A program made the position numbers and the translations under genes. Source: a virus. Taken from it: a DNA stretch of 64,000 bases. The stretch spans positions 7,813 through 71,812 of IMG/VR virus record IMGVR_UViG_3300011113_000644; one strand, given 5' to 3'. The notes under the pieces were generated by a model, which ran no database searches, was not told the DNA's origin, and was given only the letters and a program-made list of their open reading frames with translations. Positions 57,529-64,000 of the stretch are shown here, in pieces (position 1 is the stretch's first letter; every line of letters begins with the position of its first letter).

Positions 57529-58468
57529 TTATGTTTTAGTTACTGGCGCTCATGGTCAGGATGGTACTTTGATGTGTAGAAAATTAGTAGAAAAAGGTTT
57601 CAAAGTTTTCGGAGTCATAAAAAAAAATTCAATTCCTAAACTTGAAATTGCGAACGTCGATTATTTAGAATATAATTTTAATGATTATGAAGATGTTCAA
57701 ACTATAATCAAAAAATTAAATCCATCACAATTATACAATTTTTTGGGGTATACTAATGTTACCAACCCATGGGACAATCCAATCGAAGTCTACGAAAAAA
57801 ATTTTATGATTCCTATTAAAATTATGGAATCCATAAGAATACATTCCCCCAAAACCAAATTTTTGCAGTCTAGTTCATCTCTAATATTTGGTAACGGAAT
57901 TTCAAAAATACAAAATGAAGAATCAGAAAGGCACCCAATATATCACTATGGATTTTCTAAAAAATTTACAGATGATATAGTTAATTTATATAGGAATAAA
58001 TTTAATTTATTTTTTTGTTCCGCAATTTTGTTTAATCATGAGTCAGAAATTAGAGGTGACAATTTTTTTTCAAAAAAACTAATAAAAAGCGCAGTTGAAG
58101 TTCATTTGGGTAAACGTGATTATATAGAATTAGGTAACTTAGAATCATTTAGAGATTACGGATATGCAAATGATTACATTGAAGCTTGTATAAAAATTTT
58201 AGAACAGGAAGTCCCCGATGATTATGTTGTATCCAGCGGTTCAAAAATTAAACTATATGATTTTGTAAAAATAGTATTTCACAAATTAAATTTAGACATG
58301 TTAAATCACTTAAAAATTACGTCTCATGATAATAAACCAGATTCTTTGTCTCATCTGTTTGGTGATAATAAAAAAATAATTTCCACAGGTTGGTTACCAA
58401 AAACTTCATTAGAAAATATGATTGATAAAATGATTAATTATGAAAAAAACACTTATAACAGGGATTAA
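57518..58468 (+). CDS. Divergent GDP-mannose dehydratase paralog (extended SDR)
   Basis: VTGAHGQDG, YGFSK, ILFNHES, LGNLESFRDYG; SSSLIFG in place of SSSEMFG. Confidence 0.75.
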   Translation: MENNYVLVTGAHGQDGTLMCRKLVEKGFKVFGVIKKNSIPKLEIANVDYLEYNFNDYEDVQTIIKKLNPSQLYNFLGYTNVTNPWDNPIEVYEKNFMIPIKIMESIRIHSPKTKFLQSSSSLIFGNGISKIQNEESERHPIYHYGFSKKFTDDIVNLYRNKFNLFFCSAILFNHESEIRGDNFFSKKLIKSAVEVHLGKRDYIELGNLESFRDYGYANDYIEACIKILEQEVPDDYVVSSGSKIKLYDFVKIVFHKLNLDMLNHLKITSHDNKPDSLSHLFGDNKKIISTGWLPKTSLENMIDKMINYEKNTYNRD

Positions 58469-59414
58469 CGGACAAGATGGTTCGTATTTGGCCGAATTTT
58501 TATTAAAAAAAGGTTACGAAGTACATGGAATATTAAAACGTAATTCAGTTGCGGAAAACCAAACTGCAAGATTAAATAGTATCTATAAAAATATTACTTT
58601 ACATTATGCCGACCTAACTGATATGTCGTCATTAATTTCAGTGATACATAAAATAATGCCTGACGAAATTTATAACTTGGCGGCTCAGTCACACGTTAGA
58701 ATTTCTTTTGACCAGCCAATATATACCGCAAACGTAACTGGTTTAGGGACTTTGAATTTGTTAGAAGCTGTAAAATTAATAAAACCTGACACTAAAATAT
58801 ATCAAGCGTCATCCTCAGAAATGTTTGGTAATTCAATAGACTCTGATGGGTACCAAAGAGAAACAACCCCGATGAATCCTGTATCACCTTATGGATGTGC
58901 CAAAGTTTTTAGTTATAATATTTGTCGTAACTATAGAAATTCTTATGGAATGTTTGTCTCTAATGGAATATTGTTTAATCATGAATCACCAAGACGAGGA
59001 ACTAATTTTGTAACTAATAAAGTTTGTAAAGAGGCGGTTAAAATTAAATTAGGATTGTCAACAGAACTTAAATTAGGTAATCTTGATGCTACTCGAGATT
59101 GGGGTCACGCTAAAGATTATGTTAAAGCGATGTGGGAAATATTACAATTAGATAAACCCGATGATTTTATTTGCGCAACAGGAGTATCACATTCAGTTAG
59201 AGAACTTTGTGACTATGTATTTTCATCATTAGGATTAGATTATAGAGAATATGTTACACAAGATGAAAAATTCCTAAGACCCGAAGAATTACACGATTTA
59301 AAAGGGGATTCGTCAAAATTGATAGAGTCAACAGGATGGTCACATGACTACACGTTTGAAGGTATGTTAGATGAAATGATTGACTATTGGGAGGATTATT
59401 ATACACTTAAATAA
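58440..59414 (+). CDS. gmd: GDP-mannose 4,6-dehydratase
   Basis: ITGINGQDGSYLAEFLL, YNLAAQSHV, QASSSEMFG, SPYGCAK, FNHESPRRG, RDWGHAKDYV. Confidence 0.95.
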   Translation: MKKTLITGINGQDGSYLAEFLLKKGYEVHGILKRNSVAENQTARLNSIYKNITLHYADLTDMSSLISVIHKIMPDEIYNLAAQSHVRISFDQPIYTANVTGLGTLNLLEAVKLIKPDTKIYQASSSEMFGNSIDSDGYQRETTPMNPVSPYGCAKVFSYNICRNYRNSYGMFVSNGILFNHESPRRGTNFVTNKVCKEAVKIKLGLSTELKLGNLDATRDWGHAKDYVKAMWEILQLDKPDDFICATGVSHSVRELCDYVFSSLGLDYREYVTQDEKFLRPEELHDLKGDSSKLIESTGWSHDYTFEGMLDEMIDYWEDYYTLK

Positions 59415-60145
59415 TGAATAGAAAGAAAACAATCAAGGACCCTGTGGATTTTGGGTCGGAAAGTAAAATTTCGAAAAAAGACCAAATCTGTAGAATAATA
59501 AAAAAGGGAAAAGATAAATTCTTAACCCAAAGTCAAAGGGAGTACTACGACAAACTTAAAAGAAATCAAATTACCATCTGTTCAGGTCCTGCGGGTGTTG
59601 GTAAAAGTTTTATCGCTATGAAAGCGGCCGTTGATTTATTAGCGGAACATGACTCACCTTATGAAAAAATAATTATTGTTCGTCCGGCAGTTGAGGCTGA
59701 AGAAAAATTAGGGTCGTTACCTGGTAATGTTGAAGAAAAATTGGACCCTTATATTTTTCCATCTTATTACTTATTAAATAAGATTATTGGTAAAGAAGCT
59801 AGAGAAAAATTAAAACAATTAGAGGTAGTAGAAGTTTTTGCTTTAGCTTATATGAGAGGAATGAATATTGACAATTCCATTTTAATTTTTGAAGAAGCTC
59901 AAAATGCGACACCGAAACAAATGAAACTTTTATTAACACGTATTGGTACTGATAGTAAATTCTTTATTTCAGGTGACTTAGAGCAAACAGACCGATACAA
60001 AGATAAAAAACACTCAGGACTATGGGATGCCTTAGAAAGATTAAGAAATATGTCTGAAGTTGGTGTTCATGAGTTTAGTGATGAGGACGTTGTTAGAAAC
60101 CCTATAATAACAGAGTTACTTAGAAGATATGAGGATAGGGATTGA
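59414..60145 (+). CDS. phoH: PhoH-family ATPase
   Basis: GPAGVGKS, RPAVE, LGSLPG, AYMRG, EEAQN, LTRIG, GDLEQ.D, DVVR. Confidence 0.92.
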   Translation: MNRKKTIKDPVDFGSESKISKKDQICRIIKKGKDKFLTQSQREYYDKLKRNQITICSGPAGVGKSFIAMKAAVDLLAEHDSPYEKIIIVRPAVEAEEKLGSLPGNVEEKLDPYIFPSYYLLNKIIGKEAREKLKQLEVVEVFALAYMRGMNIDNSILIFEEAQNATPKQMKLLLTRIGTDSKFFISGDLEQTDRYKDKKHSGLWDALERLRNMSEVGVHEFSDEDVVRNPIITELLRRYEDRD

Positions 60146-60743
60146 AATTAATGGGGTACTAAGAGACACAATAGGTAAATTTAGAATGTGTTATGAAAAA
60201 TTCTTAATGCCGAATGAATATAATTTAGAAGAAGTTAAGGATTTTGAATACAAGATAACCGAACCTATAAACACATTAGAGTTAAGTAACCATTTTACAT
60301 TCAAAGATAATGAAGAATTGATTGAATTTATGTATGAAGATTGTCCTATGGAAATTTTTGGACATGCAATGTCATCAGAAATGATGACATTTAATTATTT
60401 AAATGATTTTTATAATGAAAATAAATATGATAATCAAATATATATAATTTCTGATGAGGTTGGTAAGTCAAAACCGGCAACTTTATTTTTCTTATCTAAG
60501 TTTAGTTGTTTGATTGAAAATTATATTTTTTATAACTCAAAAAATAAATCAGATATTATATCTAAATTTGATTTAATAGTTACTTCTGACCCAAATATTA
60601 TTATTGATTATGGTAATGATAAACACATTATAAAATTTATCACCAATTATAATAAAGAAATAAACCACCATTTAGAAATTTCATCGTTGTCTGAACTTTC
60701 TGAAACAATTAAAAAAATAAAAAATGATAAAATTATTCAATGA
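60129..60743 (+). CDS. HAD-fold 5'(3')-nucleotidase-like protein with degenerate motif I
   Basis: RIGIEINGVLRD aligns with the I.IDIDGV..D pattern. Confidence 0.5.
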   Translation: MRIGIEINGVLRDTIGKFRMCYEKFLMPNEYNLEEVKDFEYKITEPINTLELSNHFTFKDNEELIEFMYEDCPMEIFGHAMSSEMMTFNYLNDFYNENKYDNQIYIISDEVGKSKPATLFFLSKFSCLIENYIFYNSKNKSDIISKFDLIVTSDPNIIIDYGNDKHIIKFITNYNKEINHHLEISSLSELSETIKKIKNDKIIQ

Positions 60744-60996
60744 TTTTTACTATATTGATTTAGAAGAAATTGAAAATGTTGTAAACTTAGAAATCATTCA
60801 AACAACGGGTGGAACTACTGAACAACAAATAAAGTTTGTTAAATATGACATTATAAAAATGATGTTAGAAACAGTATTAACTGAGAGAGAAGAGGTTGAC
60901 GATGAATTGGGATTGACTTCCGCAAAAAGTACAACCATACCATTTAAATTATCTTTCAACACATTACTACAAAATAAAATAATTACAAAATATTAA
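60724..60996 (+). CDS. Hypothetical protein
   Basis: 90-aa ORF in operon. Confidence 0.6.
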   Translation: MIKLFNDFYYIDLEEIENVVNLEIIQTTGGTTEQQIKFVKYDIIKMMLETVLTEREEVDDELGLTSAKSTTIPFKLSFNTLLQNKIITKY

Positions 60997-60998
60997 TT

Positions 60999-62060
60999 AT
61001 GACAGAAACAATAAATAAATTAGAGTCCTCTATTGAAAATCTTAAAAATAAATCAGCCAGAATTTATTTTTTTGTAATGGACACAAAGGGAAATGGTAAG
61101 GCGTCAATTAAGTACACTTACGACATGGCATTAACGTTAAAAAAGAATGGATATAATTCAATTATCCTACATGAAAAATCTGATTACGTAGGTGTATCAT
61201 CTTGGCTTGGTGAAGAATATATGAATTCATTACCCCACCAATATGTGGAAGGTCAAAATTTAGCAATATCCCCTGAAGATACAATATTAGTTCCTGAAAT
61301 TTTTGGATATGTTATGTCTCAGATTTCAAATTTACCTTGTGCAAAAATCGTATTATGTCAATCTTATGATTACATATTCGAAACCTTGGAGCCCGGTCAA
61401 ACATGGTCACAATTAGGATTTTCTAAATGTATCACCACAAGTGAAAAAATGAAAACACAAATTTCATCAATCATGAGAAATGTATCAATTGATGTGATTG
61501 AACCATTCATTTCTGAGGAGTTTAAACAATCTAAATTTCCCGCAAAACCAATTGTGACAGTACATACTAGAGAACAAAGAGACACTGTAAATTTTATCAA
61601 ACAATTTTATGTAAAATATCCACAATATAGATGGATTTCTTTCAGAGACATGAGAGGAATGTCATTAAAACAATTATCTGATGGATTAAAAGATGCCATG
61701 GTTTCAGTATGGATGGACAAACAAAGTAGTTTTGGAACTTTCCCATTAGAATCTATGTCATGTGGAGTTCCTGTCGTTGGTCTAGCTCCTTCTGTACAAC
61801 CTGAATGGATGACTGAAGAAAATGGAATTTGGACATTGGAACAAACAAAATTGGTGGATATGGTTGCTGAGTATATCCAAAATTGGTTAGAGGATAACAT
61901 ATCTGAAAAATTATTTGAAAAAACATTGGAGACTTCCCAAAAGTATAATAATTCAGAAAAATTTGAAAAATCTGTAATTAGTGCTTTTGAAAGATATCAA
62001 GATATCAGAAGAAGTAATTTCACCATGGAACTAAATAAAATTAAACAAGAAACAGTATAA
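60999..62060 (+). CDS. GT-B (GT4-like) glycosyltransferase
   Basis: ILVPE, SSFGTFPLESMSCGVPVVG. Confidence 0.7.
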   Translation: MTETINKLESSIENLKNKSARIYFFVMDTKGNGKASIKYTYDMALTLKKNGYNSIILHEKSDYVGVSSWLGEEYMNSLPHQYVEGQNLAISPEDTILVPEIFGYVMSQISNLPCAKIVLCQSYDYIFETLEPGQTWSQLGFSKCITTSEKMKTQISSIMRNVSIDVIEPFISEEFKQSKFPAKPIVTVHTREQRDTVNFIKQFYVKYPQYRWISFRDMRGMSLKQLSDGLKDAMVSVWMDKQSSFGTFPLESMSCGVPVVGLAPSVQPEWMTEENGIWTLEQTKLVDMVAEYIQNWLEDNISEKLFEKTLETSQKYNNSEKFEKSVISAFERYQDIRRSNFTMELNKIKQETV

Positions 62061-62062
62061 TT

Positions 62063-62866
62063 ATGGAAAATATTTTAGACGTATCGGTAATACTACCAAT
62101 CAAAAACAATAAAGAAAAAGATTTCAATGAATTCTTTGGAAAAAGTATTGAGTCATTAAAAGTTCAAGAAGTAAGACCACAAGAATTGATTATTGTTCAT
62201 ACTGGTGACGAAACATTAGTTTCATATTTAGATTCATTTAATTTTGAAAGTTTAAACGTTAAAATTTTTAAGTTTGAAGGTGAACCCAATTTTGCGTCAC
62301 AAGTAAACTTTGGGATTGAAAAATCAACTTCTACATGGGTAAGCATATTGGAATTTGATGATGAATACTCAAAAATTTGGTTCAAACATGTAAAAAAATA
62401 TTCAGAGGTCTATACAGATGTTGATGCATTTTTACCAATTGTTGTTGATGTTGACAATAAATCTGTATTTGCCGGTTTCACAAATGAGGCAACATTTGCA
62501 TCAAATTTTGCTCAAGAAAGTGGAATTCTAACAAATGATACATTACACCAATATCAAAATTTCCAAATTTCAGGAATGGTAATAAAAAAGTCTGTACTTG
62601 ATGAGTTTGGTGGTATAAAACCAACTATAAAACTTACATTTGGTTATGAATTTTTATTAAGACTTACCTACAATTCGGCAAAAATTATGTCTATTCCCAA
62701 ATTAGGTTACAAACATATTAATCTTAGACCTGATTCTATTTTTTGGGAGTATAAAGAAGGGTCTCAGAAATTGTCTGAACCTGAAGTTAAATTTTGGGTT
62801 TCAACAGCAAAAAAAGAGTACTTTTTTAAATCTGATAGAAACATAAAATATAGTGAAAATGTTTAA
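62063..62866 (+). CDS. GT2-family glycosyltransferase
   Basis: VSVILP, NFGIE, ILEFDDEY, FGGIK, EFLLRL. Confidence 0.75.
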   Translation: MENILDVSVILPIKNNKEKDFNEFFGKSIESLKVQEVRPQELIIVHTGDETLVSYLDSFNFESLNVKIFKFEGEPNFASQVNFGIEKSTSTWVSILEFDDEYSKIWFKHVKKYSEVYTDVDAFLPIVVDVDNKSVFAGFTNEATFASNFAQESGILTNDTLHQYQNFQISGMVIKKSVLDEFGGIKPTIKLTFGYEFLLRLTYNSAKIMSIPKLGYKHINLRPDSIFWEYKEGSQKLSEPEVKFWVSTAKKEYFFKSDRNIKYSENV

Positions 62867-63612
62867 TGACATTTACGGCAACATCAACCCAAGAAAATAT
62901 TTTATTACCCAAACGTGCAAAAAAAGGAACGGGTGAAAACTATTTTGATGTAAAAGAAGAGTTTGCGGTTAGAATGTATCTAACCGCTACAACTTTTGAT
63001 GAAAAAAATAAGATTTATAATGATTTTTTAAGAGCTCCATTAGATAAGATGATATCTTCAATTATCCGACGTTATAAATTATATCGTAAGGATATGGATT
63101 TTATAGAAGTACATACTGACACTCACTCTTTTTTAATGACTAAGGTAGATAAGTTTGTACCGAGTAAAGAAAAAAAGGCTTACTCATATTTTGGCACTAT
63201 TTGTAAAAATTATTTAATGGGTCAAATTCTAAAAGACCAAAAAGAAACTAATCGTAAAATTTCTTATGAGGATATTTCAAGTGATTTAGAAAATAATCCC
63301 AAAATGATATATCATTTAGATATTGAGCCCGAAGAAGATACAAACTATATACAAATTTTATTAGAAAGTGTTAGAGAAACTTTAGAAGAACACGATTTAA
63401 GTGATAACGAATATAAGTTAGGGTTGTCATTATGTGAAATATTTGAAAACTATAAAACAATATTTCCAGCAACTGATAATAACAAATTTAACAAAAATGT
63501 GATTTTACTTTCTTTAAGAGAAATGACAAATATGTCAACTAAAGAAATTAGGTCTTCAATGAAAAAGTATAAAAAACTATATCTAAATATTATAAAACCT
63601 GAAGAAAATTAA
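62866..63612 (+). CDS. Putative phage sigma factor (T4 gp55-like region 2)
   Basis: ENYFD, KVDKFVPSKEKKAYSYFGTICKNYL resembles sigma region 2 as in gp55 (F.P.K..N/A.AYF..I). Confidence 0.55.
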   Translation: MTFTATSTQENILLPKRAKKGTGENYFDVKEEFAVRMYLTATTFDEKNKIYNDFLRAPLDKMISSIIRRYKLYRKDMDFIEVHTDTHSFLMTKVDKFVPSKEKKAYSYFGTICKNYLMGQILKDQKETNRKISYEDISSDLENNPKMIYHLDIEPEEDTNYIQILLESVRETLEEHDLSDNEYKLGLSLCEIFENYKTIFPATDNNKFNKNVILLSLREMTNMSTKEIRSSMKKYKKLYLNIIKPEEN

Positions 63613-63630
63613 AAAAAGATATTTATTGAT

Positions 63631-63996
63631 ATGAGTAAACCAAAAAGAAAAGAAATTAATTTTACTAAAGATTCTATTTTAACTTTAATGCAGGAAATTT
63701 ACAATGAGCTTGTAGAGCAAAGGTCTACTGCGATTAGAATCCAAAATAAAATGATTTCGATGATGAAGGAACCTGAAGAAATGACTTTGATTGGTCCTGT
63801 AATTGAAAAACAACAAAAAATTATTAATGATTGTGTCGAGAAAAAGTTACAGTTATCAAAATTACAATCATCAATATGGGAAAAACAAAACTCAAAAGAA
63901 GAAGAATTTGATATTTCTGAAATGGATGATGACTTACTACATGGTTTGATAAGTAAAGATATCAATTCTGATAATCAGAATTTTACTATGAAATAA
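63631..63996 (+). CDS. Hypothetical coiled-coil protein
   Basis: 121-aa ORF preceded by TATTTAT at 63620-63626. Confidence 0.6.
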   Translation: MSKPKRKEINFTKDSILTLMQEIYNELVEQRSTAIRIQNKMISMMKEPEEMTLIGPVIEKQQKIINDCVEKKLQLSKLQSSIWEKQNSKEEEFDISEMDDDLLHGLISKDINSDNQNFTMK

Positions 63997-64000
63997 TATG

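Noticed and set aside
1-64000. Alternative genetic code (stop-codon reassignment as in some large phages)
   Set aside because: Conserved genes are full length and densely packed under the standard code.
1-64000. Origin as a eukaryotic giant virus or a bacterial contractile injection system locus
   Set aside because: Sheath, tube, tape measure and neck genes together with PolB, helicase, PhoH and overlapping operons fit a tailed phage; no bacterial housekeeping context.
1-64000. tRNA or rRNA genes
   Set aside because: No cloverleaf or rRNA-like segment seen and intergenic gaps are mostly too short; a tRNA scan was not run.

Overview
AT-rich (roughly 30% GC by eye), gene-dense window of a large contractile-tailed (myovirus-like, probably jumbo) bacteriophage genome using the standard genetic code. 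1-14.9 kb is a mostly minus-strand tail module: a >1531-aa baseplate protein absent from the ORF track, tape measure, chaperone with a hidden frame-shifted extension, tube, HAD enzyme, 1099-aa sheath and gp15/gp14-like proteins. 14.9-22.4 kb holds an SNF2 helicase, superoxide dismutase, neck protein, an RHH+HNH cassette and a family B DNA polymerase. 22.5-39.2 kb is a minus-strand block in which two mucin-like Thr/Pro proteins and a LamG-like protein flank a GT60-type GlcNAc transferase and five other glycan-modifying genes. 41.9-62.9 kb is a long plus-strand run of glycosyltransferases, methyltransferases and NDP-sugar enzymes (plus exonuclease, dUTPase, PhoH), followed by a gp55-like sigma factor. 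The best candidate for an undescribed system is a phage-encoded mucin-type protein O-glycosylation pathway with its substrates encoded alongside it, plus a possible [ST]-G-x-[ST] sequon in virion proteins. Other hidden signals are a +1/-2 frameshift before the tape measure gene, a TATTTAT motif upstream of 13 genes and a structured polymerase leader. All functional calls are motif recognition by eye; no searches were run.
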